Shown one piece after another: positions 1 to 9,374 of a stretch of DNA of 64,000 nt (position 1 is its first letter; every line of letters begins with the position of its first letter). The translations under genes were made by a program, and so were the position numbers. Under the pieces are notes generated by a model, which was given only the letters and a program-made list of their open reading frames with translations, had not been told where the DNA came from and did no database searches. The stretch comes from Candidatus Eiseniibacteriota bacterium (GTDB lineage: Bacteria; Eisenbacteria; RBG-16-71-46; JABDJR01): contig CAVXKA010000002.1 of assembly GCA_963762255.1 (NCBI GenBank), positions 832,001 to 896,000 on the forward strand, given 5' to 3'.

Positions 1-673
1 CCGTCTGGAGCGGCAGGCCGTACACGAGGTCGATGTTGATGTCGGTGATGCCGCGTTTGCGCGAGTACTCGCACAGCGCGCGGGTTTGCTCGAGCGTCTG
101 CTCGCGCCCGATGGCGCCCTGCACCTCCGGGGTGAAGTCCTGCACCCCCATGCTCAGCCGGTTGAACCCCAACTCGGCCATGACGTCTACCTGCTCGAGC
201 GTGGTCACCCGGGGATCCGCCTCGAGAGCGACCTCGGCGTCGGGGAGGAGTTCGAAGTGGTCGGTGATCGCGCCGAAGACCTCGCGCATCTGGTCCGGGG
301 TGAGATGGGTGGGCGTGCCCCCGCCCCAATGGAGCTGGAGTACTTTTCGGCGCGCGGGCAGGGCCGCCGCCACCATGGAGAGTTCCTTCTTGAGGTGCTC
401 GATGTAGTCGCGCACCACGTCCTCGCGCCGCGTGATCACGACGTAGCAGCCGCAGAAGTGGCAGCGGTGCTCGCAGAAGGGAATGTGGACGTAGAGGGAG
501 AGGGGATCTTCGCTTCGGCGATTGGCCGAGGCAAGACGCTCGTTGTATTCCTCGGGGCCGAAGGCGTCGCTGAATTCGGGGGCGGTGGGATAGCTGGTAT
601 AGCGAGGCCCCGGACGGTCGTATCGGGCGAGAAGTTCGCCGGTCACCTTGAGGGTCGTGGAGGCGTCAGCCAT
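1..673 (-). CDS. hemN: Oxygen-independent coproporphyrinogen III oxidase (radical SAM), 5' part only, runs off the left edge
   Basis: Not in the ORF track. Manual translation from ATG at 673 gives MADASTTLKVTGELLARYDRPGPRYTSYPTAPEF...LYVHIPFCEHRCHFCGC...LHWGGGTPT, which are HemN signature motifs. Starts 1 nt after the hemE stop. Confidence 0.93.
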   Translation of the reverse strand, partial: MADASTTLKVTGELLARYDRPGPRYTSYPTAPEFSDAFGPEEYNERLASANRRSEDPLSLYVHIPFCEHRCHFCGCYVVITRREDVVRDYIEHLKKELSMVAAALPARRKVLQLHWGGGTPTHLTPDQMREVFGAITDHFELLPDAEVALEADPRVTTLEQVDVMAELGFNRLSMGVQDFTPEVQGAIGREQTLEQTRALCEYSRKRGITDINIDLVYGLPLQT

Positions 674-674
674 G

Positions 675-1778
675 TCATCCTTCCTTGGCCGCGGAGGCCG
701 CGCCACGAATGCGCCGGCCCTCCTCGTGGACGAATCTCACCAGTTCCGCCACCGCCTCCACCGGAACCTGGGGCGTGATGCCGTGCCCGAGGTTGAATAC
801 ATGAGGACTGTCCCCCGCATCCGTGAGAATCTCCCGCGCCTCATCCCGGATCACATCGAGTGGAGCCATGAGCACGGCGGGATCGAGGTTCCCTTGCAGT
901 GGGCGCAACCCGCCGAGGCGCCGGCGCGCGTCCGCCACCCGAACCCGCCAATCGAGACCGATCACATCGGCTCCGCTCTCATCCATCAACTCCAGGAGTT
1001 TGCCGGTTCCATTGCCGTAGAGGATGAACGGCACTCCCTCGGTGTGGACCCGCTCCACGATGCCCTGCACGTGAGGGAGGACATGCCGCTCGTAGTCGCG
1101 CGGCGAGAGGAGACCCGACCAGGTGTCGAAAAGCTGAACCGCCTGCGCGCCGGCCTCGACCTGCGCCTTGAGGTAGTCCGACACGACCAGTCCCAGCTTC
1201 TCCATCAGTGCGTGGAAGAGCGCCGGCTCCTGGTGCATGAGGCCCTTGAGCCGCGCGAAGTCCTTCGAACCGGCGCCCTCGACCATGTAGGCCGCGAGCG
1301 TGAACGGGGCGCCGGCAAATCCGATCAGCGCCACCGACGGCGGGAGCGCCCGCCGGAGCCCGCGCACCGTCTCCATGACGAACCCGAGCGATTCGAGCGG
1401 GTCGGGCCGGCCGAGCCTGCGGATGTCGTCCGCCGTCCGCACCGGATTCGCGATCACCGGGGCGGGGTTGAACTCCAGCTCGACGCCCATCGGCTCCACC
1501 GGGATCAGGATGTCGGAGAACAGAATCGCCGCGTCGAAACCGAACCGACGGATCGGCTGGAGGGTCACTTCGATGGCGAGGTCCGGGGTCTTGCAGAGCG
1601 TGAGAAAATCAACCTTCTCGCGAACCTGGCGATATTCCGGAAGATAGCGGCCGGCCTGACGCATGAGCCAGATCGGGGTGGTCTCCGTACGCTCACCGTG
1701 GCAGGCCCTCAGGAAGAGAGGGTCCGGCCCGATGCCGGGCTGGGCGGTCGAAGTTTGTCCTGGTTCGTGGGTGCTCAT
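675..1778 (-). CDS. hemE: Uroporphyrinogen decarboxylase
   Basis: PIWLMRQAGRYLPEY, AAILFSDIL, LIGFAGAPFTLAAY, FNLGHGI motifs. Confidence 0.97.
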   Translation of the reverse strand: MSTHEPGQTSTAQPGIGPDPLFLRACHGERTETTPIWLMRQAGRYLPEYRQVREKVDFLTLCKTPDLAIEVTLQPIRRFGFDAAILFSDILIPVEPMGVELEFNPAPVIANPVRTADDIRRLGRPDPLESLGFVMETVRGLRRALPPSVALIGFAGAPFTLAAYMVEGAGSKDFARLKGLMHQEPALFHALMEKLGLVVSDYLKAQVEAGAQAVQLFDTWSGLLSPRDYERHVLPHVQGIVERVHTEGVPFILYGNGTGKLLELMDESGADVIGLDWRVRVADARRRLGGLRPLQGNLDPAVLMAPLDVIRDEAREILTDAGDSPHVFNLGHGITPQVPVEAVAELVRFVHEEGRRIRGAASAAKEG

Positions 1779-1929
1779 ACCGTGTATGCCTTCAAAAGTA
1801 CGGCGGTCATTCTACCCGCGGCCGGGGCCTCGGTGCCATCCAAACTGAGAATGATACATATCGTATCAAGATTCCAAGTGGCCGAGACGCAAAGAGTTGG
1901 ACAACGTACGATGGAGACCGGGCCTCTCG

Positions 1930-2349
1930 TCAGGCCTTGGTTTCCGAATTCCATCCGCCGTCGAACGCGTCGGGGAGGAGGTCGCGCGGAGAGCCCCACG
2001 ACTTCTGGATGCCGTCGGCATCGCCGAAGAGAACGCGGGCGTTCGGGGCCAGCTCCAGAATCACCTGGCGGCATGCTCCACATGGGGAGTCGACTTCAGG
2101 ATGGTCCGAGGTGATCACGAGCGTGCGGATATCGTGGGTCCCGTGCGCGACGGCGTTGAACAGGGCGATCCGCTCCGCGCAGACCGTGAGCCCCAGGCTC
2201 GCGTTCTCGATGTTGCACCCCGGATAGATCTGGCCGTCGGCGCCGACAGCGATGGCCCCTACCCGGATATTGGAGTACGGGCTCCGCGCCATTTCCATCG
2301 CCTTCCTGGCGAAACGAAGCAGGTCTAGATCGCCGTTCTGTTGGTTCAT
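1930..2349 (-). CDS. cdd: Cytidine deaminase
   Basis: SPYS..VGA, GCNIENAS..TVCAER, SPCGACRQ zinc motif. Confidence 0.95.
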   Translation of the reverse strand: MNQQNGDLDLLRFARKAMEMARSPYSNIRVGAIAVGADGQIYPGCNIENASLGLTVCAERIALFNAVAHGTHDIRTLVITSDHPEVDSPCGACRQVILELAPNARVLFGDADGIQKSWGSPRDLLPDAFDGGWNSETKA

Positions 2350-2461
2350 GTCCCTTCTCCTCGGCTCGGACGGGGCGGTAATTCTAGACCAGCGCCCGGT
2401 CGGTTAGTAGCGATACCTCGCGGACCGTCCGCCTCGCCCGACTATGGTATCGTCCGGCCCC

Positions 2462-3307
2462 ATGGTCACACCCGCCGAGAACTCCGCGAAGCAGGAACGG
2501 CTCCTCTCCATCTCCTCTCCCCTCGAAAGGGTGCTGGCACTGGCTCGCATGCTGCGCCAACCCGACGGCTGTCCCTGGGACCAGGAACAGACGGTCGAGA
2601 CGCTCACTCCGTACCTCCAGGAGGAGACCTTCGAGGTCGTGGAGGCGGTAGCCGGGCGCGATCGGTCGGCGTTCCGAGAGGAACTGGGCGATCTTCTCTT
2701 CCTCGTCCTGTTCCTGGGGGCGGTGGCTGAGGACTCGGGGTGGGGCACCATCGAGGAAGTCGGCGCCGGAGTGGTCGAGAAGCTCATCCGCCGCCATCCG
2801 CACGTGTTCGGGGAAGGGCCCGAGATCGGGAGCGAGGGGGCTCTTCGCCAGTGGGAAGAGATCAAGCGCGACGAGCGGGCCGAGGGCGCTCCCGCTGCGT
2901 CGGTACCTTCGGCGCTGGGAGACCGGCCGAGCGGTCTACCCGCCTTGACCACCGCCTTCCGCATCTCGGAAAAGGCGGGGGCGGTGGGTTTCCAGTGGGC
3001 CGATATCCGCGGCGCTCTCGCCAAGCTGGACGAGGAGGTCGGAGAGTTTCGTGAGGAACTCGACGCCGAGGCCCGGCCTCACGCTCTGGAGAAGGAGATC
3101 GGCGACATCCTGTACTCCGTGGTCAACGTCGCACGGTATCTGCGCATCGATCCCGAACGGGCGTTGCGCGGCACGACGGCCAAGTTCCAGCGCCGATTCC
3201 GGTACATCGAAGGCCGCCTCCACGAGCGCGGATTGAGTCCGGAGCGCGTGTCACTCGACGAGCTGTCCGTGCTCTGGAATGAGGCCAAGGCCAAGGGGAT
3301 CGACTAG
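2462..3307 (+). CDS. mazG: Nucleoside triphosphate pyrophosphohydrolase MazG (two MazG domains)
   Basis: DGCPWDQEQT, EETFEV, EELGDLL, KLIRRHPHVF, EIGDIL, KFQRRF. Start taken at ATG 2462. Confidence 0.95.
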   Translation: MVTPAENSAKQERLLSISSPLERVLALARMLRQPDGCPWDQEQTVETLTPYLQEETFEVVEAVAGRDRSAFREELGDLLFLVLFLGAVAEDSGWGTIEEVGAGVVEKLIRRHPHVFGEGPEIGSEGALRQWEEIKRDERAEGAPAASVPSALGDRPSGLPALTTAFRISEKAGAVGFQWADIRGALAKLDEEVGEFREELDAEARPHALEKEIGDILYSVVNVARYLRIDPERALRGTTAKFQRRFRYIEGRLHERGLSPERVSLDELSVLWNEAKAKGID

Positions 3308-3900
3308 AAGACGCGCCCCGTCGTCCCCGAAGACGAGCTGTTCTTCCCCACCCGCTTCGTGGACATGAAGATCATCTCGGCGCGCTCCTTGCCGATATTA
3401 CGGAACCCATGCTGGCTGTTCGCCGGATAGTGGACGGAGTCGCCGGTCTCGAGCCGAAACACCCGATCCCCCACCGCGACTTCGACCAGGCCGGAGACCA
3501 CGTAGATCCCCTCTTCGCCCGAGTGAGCAGGGTAAGAGATGTCCTTGAGCTCGCCCGGATCAAGGTAGATGAGGTAGGCATTGAGGCGCCCGCCCGGTAT
3601 CCCGGGGGTCAAGTACTCAGCGTGAACCTTCACCGCTTCCTCGGGGAGTGTCTGCCGCTCGTTGCGCCGTACGACAGCGATCTCGCTGAGCTGTTCCTCC
3701 TCCAGGAAATAGGAGGTCTCCTTGCCAAGGGCCTTGGCGATCTTGACCAGCGCCCCGATCGTGGGCGATGTCTTCCCGCGTTCGATCTCCGAGATATGAG
3801 TCGCCGAGAAGCCGGAGACACGCTCCAGATCCTTCAGGGTGAAGGCCCTTTGCTTGCGGACGAGCCGTATCCGATTCCCGAGATCTTCCTTGGTGATCAT
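3304..3900 (-). CDS. XRE-family HTH + cupin transcriptional regulator
   Basis: LGNRIRLVR..TLKDL..SATHISEIERGKTSPTI HTH; cupin HSGEEGIYVVSG..GDSVHY..HGFRN. Confidence 0.9.
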   Translation of the reverse strand: MITKEDLGNRIRLVRKQRAFTLKDLERVSGFSATHISEIERGKTSPTIGALVKIAKALGKETSYFLEEEQLSEIAVVRRNERQTLPEEAVKVHAEYLTPGIPGGRLNAYLIYLDPGELKDISYPAHSGEEGIYVVSGLVEVAVGDRVFRLETGDSVHYPANSQHGFRNIGKERAEMIFMSTKRVGKNSSSSGTTGRVF

Positions 3901-3922
3901 TCCCGATCCTTCCCGGCCACCC

Positions 3923-4480
3923 CTAGAGGGTGAACCGCGGCCAATCGGCCCAGAATACCCGGCAAACCCGCTCGCCGAGGTTCAGCAGCTTGGTAGGCAT
4001 GGAGGCCTTGAAATGGACGCTGTCCCCCTTGCGGAGCACGAACTTCTCGTCCCCGAGTTCGATCTGGAGGACGCCGTCCAGGATGTAGAGGAACTTGTCC
4101 CCCGGGCGCGGCGGTCGAACCAGCGGGTCCTTCATCTCCGGCTCCAACTCGAGCAGGAGGAGGGAGAGTTCCGCGAAGGGGCGCTCGGTGGTCAGGATTT
4201 CCCAGCGAGCCCCGGACTTCGGGCCGACGATGAACTCTCGCTCCCCTTTGCGCGTGAAGGAGACCTGGTCCCCCACCGGCAGATCCACGAGGAACGAGGG
4301 ATTCACCTCGAGGGCCTCGGCGATCTTGGCCAGGGCCCCCACCGTCGGGGAGGTCTTGCCACGCTCGATCTCCGAGACGTGGGTGGCCGAAACCCCCACT
4401 TTCGACTCGATGTCCTTTAGAGTAAGTGCTTGTGCTAGGCGAAGTTGCTTGATTCTGCGGCCAAGCTCGGTGTTGTTCAT
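3923..4480 (-). CDS. XRE-family HTH + cupin transcriptional regulator (paralog of the adjacent gene)
   Basis: MNNTELGRRIKQLR..SATHVSEIERGKTSPTV; C-terminal cupin GDKFLYILDG..GDSVHF. Confidence 0.9.
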   Translation of the reverse strand: MNNTELGRRIKQLRLAQALTLKDIESKVGVSATHVSEIERGKTSPTVGALAKIAEALEVNPSFLVDLPVGDQVSFTRKGEREFIVGPKSGARWEILTTERPFAELSLLLLELEPEMKDPLVRPPRPGDKFLYILDGVLQIELGDEKFVLRKGDSVHFKASMPTKLLNLGERVCRVFWADWPRFTL

Positions 4481-4666
4481 TGCCCGCTCCTCGCTGGCAC
4501 TGAGGGTCGTCAAAGAGTCTCGTTCGGCTGGCAAGGTTCTCTGAATCATGCGCTGAGCCTAGTCCCACATGAAGAAAGCGGTCAACACTAAATCGGAAAA
4601 TCACGCTATAGACATAATGGATGACGATATTCCACAGAATGGACGGGTCATCACCCGGAATGCCGG

Positions 4667-4692
4667 AAGAGCCCGTATTTGCGGGCTCTTTT
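4667..4692 (+). terminator. Intrinsic terminator-like hairpin in the divergent intergenic region
   Basis: AAGAGCCCGTA-TT-TGCGGGCTCTT with a short T run. Confidence 0.45.
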
Positions 4693-4726
4693 CATTGGAC
4701 CGGTCCCACCGACGGGCTTGGCAGGG

Positions 4727-4755
4727 TTGATCCCCGAGCGGTGAGAGGGTATGCT
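4727..4755 (+). promoter_or_regulatory. Putative sigma70 promoter of the 3D-domain gene
   Basis: TTGATC-17 nt-TATGCT. Confidence 0.5.
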
Positions 4756-4873
4756 CCTGCCAATCAGTCATCCGCTGGTGCTCCTGTTGGAGCCCCGATC
4801 TCCTCTCAGTTATCGATCCCGCGCTCGGTATTCGCAGGCTCGGGATTCGTCTTCCGATAGGGATAACGCACAC

Positions 4874-5476
4874 ATGGCTTGTATCGACAAGCAACAGTCG
4901 GGTTGGCGCCCTCGGGCGGTACGACTCGCCTCGCTGGCCCTGGTGAGCGCCGGGCTCCTGATGCTCGGCTCCGCCTGGCCCGGAGCGGTGGCGGAACGCG
5001 TCGTCATGCCCCTGGCCGTGCCGATCGAGCTTTCCACGTTGGGTATTCACCCCCCCGTGAAGGAGGCCCCTCGGCGGACCCCACGACATATCTTCCGAAT
5101 CCCGGTGACGGTCACCGGCTACAGCAGCACATGCGGCCAGACCGACGAGACCCCGTTCATCACGGCCTCCAACACCGAGGTCCGGCACGGGATCGTGGCT
5201 CTCTCCAGGGATCTCCTGCGGGAGTTCACCCCGGGGGCTCCGTTCGGCTTCGGCGACATGGTGGAGATCGAGGGGGCGGGGATCTACCGGGTGGAGGACA
5301 CGATGGCGCTTCGGCATCGCAAGAAGGCCGACATCTGGTTCACTTCCACCGCCGCGGCGACGCGCTGGGGCAGGCGGCACCTCGTCCTGGCCTCCCTGAA
5401 CGCGGCAAGCGAGCGAGAGGAGAAGCGCCTGCACGAGCAGTTCGCGCCCGGCTTCGAGGCCGAGTTCACGGACTAG
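4874..5476 (+). CDS. Secreted/membrane-anchored 3D-domain (cell wall lytic transglycosylase-like) protein
   Basis: N-terminal hydrophobic helix; VTVTGYSS..QTDETPFITAS..IVALSRD..YRVEDTM..ADIWF typical of 3D domains. Confidence 0.8.
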   Translation: MACIDKQQSGWRPRAVRLASLALVSAGLLMLGSAWPGAVAERVVMPLAVPIELSTLGIHPPVKEAPRRTPRHIFRIPVTVTGYSSTCGQTDETPFITASNTEVRHGIVALSRDLLREFTPGAPFGFGDMVEIEGAGIYRVEDTMALRHRKKADIWFTSTAAATRWGRRHLVLASLNAASEREEKRLHEQFAPGFEAEFTD

Positions 5477-5539
5477 GCGGTCCGGCCGGACCCCGCGCAC
5501 TCCCATCGCACCATGAGGTTGCGGAGCGGAGCACTCACC

Positions 5540-6453
5540 TCAGCCCTCTCCCTCGCAGAGACTCTGGTGGATCCGCGTGTACGAATCGTAACGATGGGGC
5601 GCCACGAGGCCCTCGGCGAGGCCCCGCCGCACCGCACAATCCGGCTCCGTGAGATGCCGGCAATCCGGGAATCGGCAGCCGGGGGCCAGATCCCGCAGTT
5701 CCGGGAAATGGTCGGCCAGCTCCGAGGGATCGAGGCCGGTCAGGTCCAGCACGCGAAGCCCCGGGCTGTCCACCAGATGGCCCCCGCCCGGGAGATCCAG
5801 CATCTGAACCCAGGTCGTGGTGTGGGTTCCCTTGCCGGTTTGGATGCTGAGTTCGCCCACCCGCAAGCCGGCTTCCGGGACCAGCCGGTTGATCAGGCTG
5901 CTCTTCCCCGCACCGGACGGCCCGAGAAAGACGGCGGTCTTGCCGGCGAGGCGCCCCTGAAGTTCCGCCATTCCCTCTCCCGTCAGGGCGGACACGTGAA
6001 CGATGGGCACCCCAACCGGGGGTAGATCGCGAGCTCCTCGCTGGCGCACAACCCCGGGGCGAGATCGGTCTTGTTCATGCATGCGATCGCCGGCACCGAG
6101 TTGAACGAAGCGAGGACCAGGTACCGATCGAGGGTCGCGGGTTTCCACGCCGGCTCGGCGGCGGCGAGCACCACCGCCGCGAAGTCGATGTTGGCGGCGA
6201 GGAGCTGGCGCTTCCCGGCTCGCCCAAGCGCTATCCGAGAGAGCGCGTTGCGGCGCGGCAGGATCTCCTCGATGACGGCCTGGGAGGAGGAGAGATCGAG
6301 AATGACTTCGTCCCCCACTGCCACCGGATCCACCACCCCACGGCTGCGGAAGCGGAGCTTCTTGGGGATGATCGCGGGAAACTCCGCCTCGGCCGTGCGA
6401 ACGATGAAGCTGTGACTCTGCGCGCGGATGACCAGGCCCCGGGTGCGATGCAT
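5540..6453 (-). CDS. rsgA: Small ribosomal subunit biogenesis GTPase RsgA, split by a 1-nt frameshift near 6010-6013
   Basis: N half (5983..6453): VAVGDEV, LPRRNAL, AANID, LDRYLV, NKTDL. C half in the 5540..7063 frame: VSALTGEG, GPSGAGKSSLIN, GTHTTT, DSPG, CRFPDCRHLTEPDCAV. Adding one G to the minus-strand GGGG run joins them. Confidence 0.9.
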
Positions 6454-7581
6454 CTAGTACCTGGCCAGGGTCGGGTCGATCGTCTCGGCCCAGGCGAGGA
6501 TCCCTCCCGCCAGATTGCGCGCACGGGGGAAGCCGGCGCCGAGGAGAAGGCGCACGGCGGTGGCGCTGCGCACGCCGGACCGGCAGAAGACGACGATGTC
6601 CAGACCTCGGTCGAGCTCCCCGACGCGATCCGCCAACTCGCCCAACGGAATGTGCCGCGCGCCGGGAAGCCGCGCGATCTCGAGCTCGAACGGCTCGCGC
6701 ACGTCCAAGAGCGTGCATGCACCGAGTCGGCCGGCCAGCTCCCGGGGCGTGATCTCGGGAACCTCGACGGCGCCGGAGGAGCAGAACGCATCGTAGTCGA
6801 TGAGCCCGCCGAGGGTGGGGTGGTCGCCGCAGGCCGGGCACCGGGGGTCCTTGCCGAACCTCACCTCGCGAAACCGCGTGGCGAGGGCGTCGAAGAGGAC
6901 CAGCCTGCCGATGAGCGGCTGCCCGATACCCAGGATGAGTTTCAAGGCCTCGTTGGTCTGGATCGTCCCGATGATGCCGGGGAGAATGCCGAGGACCCCG
7001 GCTTCTGCGCAGCTCGGCACCGAGCCCGGCGGCGGCGGCTCCGGGAACAGGCATCGGTAGCACGGACCCCGAGCGGCGTCGAAGACCGAGGCCTGACCCT
7101 CGAAGCGGAAGACGCTGCCGTAGACGTTGGGTTTCCCCAGCAGAACGCAGGCATCGTTGACGAGATAGCGCGTGGGGAAGTTGTCGGTGCCGTCGACGAC
7201 GAGATCGTAGTCGCGGAGAATAGCGAGCGCGTTCGCGGAATGAAGCCGGACGTCGTGGGAGTCGACGCGGACATGGGGATTGATCGCGGCGATCTTCTCG
7301 CGGGCCGAGTCGAGCTTGGCCCGCCCGACGTCGGGGGTGCCGTGAATGACCTGGCGCTGCAGGTTCGTGTCGTCGACCGTGTCGAAGTCCACGAGCCCCA
7401 AGCGGCCGACCCCGGCCGCGGCCAGGTACAGCGCGGCGGGCGAACCGAGCCCCCCCATTCCCACGAGCAGGACGCTGGCTGCCTTCAGCTTCTCCTGCCC
7501 CTCGATCCCGACCTCGGGGATGATCAGGTGGCGGCTGTACCGGCGGAGTTCCTCGCTCGAGAAGGTCATATGGCCGGACAT
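6454..7581 (-). CDS. moeB: MoeB/ThiF-family adenylyltransferase with C-terminal rhodanese (MoeZ-like)
   Basis: RYSRH, GMGGLGS, DFDTVDDTNLQRQ, DGTDNF, PCYRCLFPEPP..SCAEAG, rhodanese VFCRSGVRS. Alternative start 7569. Confidence 0.93.
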   Translation of the reverse strand: MSGHMTFSSEELRRYSRHLIIPEVGIEGQEKLKAASVLLVGMGGLGSPAALYLAAAGVGRLGLVDFDTVDDTNLQRQVIHGTPDVGRAKLDSAREKIAAINPHVRVDSHDVRLHSANALAILRDYDLVVDGTDNFPTRYLVNDACVLLGKPNVYGSVFRFEGQASVFDAARGPCYRCLFPEPPPPGSVPSCAEAGVLGILPGIIGTIQTNEALKLILGIGQPLIGRLVLFDALATRFREVRFGKDPRCPACGDHPTLGGLIDYDAFCSSGAVEVPEITPRELAGRLGACTLLDVREPFELEIARLPGARHIPLGELADRVGELDRGLDIVVFCRSGVRSATAVRLLLGAGFPRARNLAGGILAWAETIDPTLARY

Positions 7582-7582
7582 T

Positions 7583-8014
7583 CTACCCGTCGAGCGGTTC
7601 CGGGGCGAAGCGCCGACTGCCGGCGTCCAGTGCCCATGACCGAACGCCCGCGGCCCGCCCCTGGATCACGGAGACGATGAGGTAGGAAACCCCCGGGAGG
7701 GCGCCGGCGCGGTCGGCCTCCGAGGGCACCGGCTCGGCGCCCGGGTGGGAGTGGTAGAAGCCGGTCACGGCGAGGCCTCGGCGGGCGGCGTCGCACTCGG
7801 CCTTGAAGTAGTGCTCGGGAGCGACGAGATAACGTCCCGTCGGCGAGCCCGTCTCCGCGTTGTCGGCCGGGGTGACGCTCACGATCTCTCTCTCCCCTTC
7901 GTGGTCGAATCCGATGAGGAATCCGCAGCATTCCCGGGGATAGGCCTCCTCAGCATGGCGACGCACGGCATCGAGAAGGCGGGGGGCGAGGCGCAGGGTC
8001 ACGGCCGGGCTCAT
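7583..8014 (-). CDS. JAB/Mov34/MPN+ metalloprotease (Mec+/M67 family)
   Basis: YPRECCGFLIG, GFYHSHP, PSEAD JAMM motif. Confidence 0.92.
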   Translation of the reverse strand: MSPAVTLRLAPRLLDAVRRHAEEAYPRECCGFLIGFDHEGEREIVSVTPADNAETGSPTGRYLVAPEHYFKAECDAARRGLAVTGFYHSHPGAEPVPSEADRAGALPGVSYLIVSVIQGRAAGVRSWALDAGSRRFAPEPLDG

Positions 8015-8033
8015 CTGCCCGGCGGCCTTGGCA

Positions 8034-9302
8034 TCACGGGAGGAGCACGACCTTCTGGGTCACGTGATCGTGAGGCGTCCGCACCGTGACGAGGTAAAGC
8101 CCCGCGGCCGCGCGGGTGCCGCCGGCATCCATGCCGTCCCATGCTACGACCTGCGCGCCCGAAACGAGACTGGAGTCCAGGAGCACGGCCACCCGACGCC
8201 CGGAGAGATCATGAACCACGCACTGAGCCGGCCCCGGCTCGGAGAGCGTGAAGCGCACCTCCGCTCTGCGCGTCATGGGATTGGGGGCTACCCGCAGCGC
8301 AAGACGCGATCGGACGGTTTCGTCTTCCACGCCGGTATCGGCCCGAAAGATCTCGTCCATGCTCGATCCGGTGGCAAGGGGAGTCGCGAACCCCATAAGC
8401 TCACCGATGGTCGGCACGATATCGGGAATCGCGCGCGACACGGTGGAGAGCGCACCGACTCGGATGTCCGGCCCGACGGCCAGGAACTGGATCCGGCGGC
8501 ATCCGGCGCAACTGTCTCCATGGCCCGTGAAGTCGGTGGTGTGACGTCCGTGATCGTTGGTGACGATCATGGTCGTCTTCCCGGCATAGGCGGGATTGGT
8601 CTGAAGCGTCTGCCAGAGCCGGCCGACGATGTCGTCCGCGTTGGCGATGGCCTGCGTGTAGGCACCCCAATCCCCCGAATGCGCCGCATGGTCCACGTCA
8701 GCGAGATAGAGCAGCATGAATCGGGGCGCCTGGGTGGACAGGACGATTTGCGCCTGGGCCCAGACGTCGTCGTCGGTCGAGCCCACCGCGTGGTAGGTGG
8801 GCCAGTAAGTAGGACCATAGCTCGGATGGAAGCTCCCCTTCCACGAGCAGAGGTACTTGAGCACGTAGATGCAGTCGCTGGCCGGGCGCCCCAGACCCTT
8901 CCGGTAGTACTCGAAGAGGCTGGGCATGGTGGAGTAGTAGTTGCTCCAACCCCCGCAGTCGGGATCCGAGAAGCTCACCATCGTGGTCCAGCCGCCGCAC
9001 CAGATCGCGGGGACCGCTCTCGCGGTGTAGGTGTACCCGTCGTTGAGGAAGGTCTCGACGAGGGTCCCCTGCTGCGTCAGGACGTTCATCTCCGGGACGT
9101 AGGTCCGCGCGGGATCGCCCATCCCCTCCGAGTAGCGAAGCCCGTCGATAACGACCAGGACGACTCGCTCGGTTTGATAGGCGGCGGCGGGGTGGGCGGC
9201 AAGGACGAGAGCGAGGGTGGCTGCGGCAAGGACAAACATCCGCAACACGCTCCGCGGTGGGCGGAACGCATTCAGGCGCGGGGGAACGGACGGAGCGAAC
9301 AC
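8034..9302 (-). CDS. Secreted alkaline-phosphatase/sulfatase-superfamily protein with C-terminal FlgD-Ig-like domain
   Basis: Signal peptide; VVLVVIDGLR, ADVDHAAH, IVTNDHGRH; C-terminus VAPNP..HDLSGRRV..WDGMD..GLYLV..KVVLLP. Confidence 0.8.
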   Translation of the reverse strand: MFAPSVPPRLNAFRPPRSVLRMFVLAAATLALVLAAHPAAAYQTERVVLVVIDGLRYSEGMGDPARTYVPEMNVLTQQGTLVETFLNDGYTYTARAVPAIWCGGWTTMVSFSDPDCGGWSNYYSTMPSLFEYYRKGLGRPASDCIYVLKYLCSWKGSFHPSYGPTYWPTYHAVGSTDDDVWAQAQIVLSTQAPRFMLLYLADVDHAAHSGDWGAYTQAIANADDIVGRLWQTLQTNPAYAGKTTMIVTNDHGRHTTDFTGHGDSCAGCRRIQFLAVGPDIRVGALSTVSRAIPDIVPTIGELMGFATPLATGSSMDEIFRADTGVEDETVRSRLALRVAPNPMTRRAEVRFTLSEPGPAQCVVHDLSGRRVAVLLDSSLVSGAQVVAWDGMDAGGTRAAAGLYLVTVRTPHDHVTQKVVLLP

Positions 9303-9374
9303 CCGGAGATTATACCTCAGGAGGAGGCGCCCGGTGCACTGTCTCGGCGAGGCTCGAGTCTTCGAAGCGCGCGT

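Noticed and set aside
2462-4480. MazG plus XRE genes as a toxin-antitoxin or abortive infection module
   Set aside because: MazG is the ordinary two-domain housekeeping form and is convergent with the regulators. No toxin is evident.
4760-4873. c-di-AMP (ydaO) riboswitch ahead of the 3D-domain gene
   Set aside because: Plausible from gene context, but the GCUGAAUCC and CAGCUAAC consensus segments are not present.
5540-7063. 507-aa ORF read as a novel GTPase fusion
   Set aside because: Only the last ~155 codons are the RsgA C half. The rest is off-frame over moeB and the rsgA N half.
6454-8014. CBASS/Bil-type ubiquitin-like antiphage system
   Set aside because: No E2, CD-NTase or effector nearby. 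The E1 has the rhodanese fusion typical of sulfur-transfer MoeZ, and GC content and context are housekeeping.
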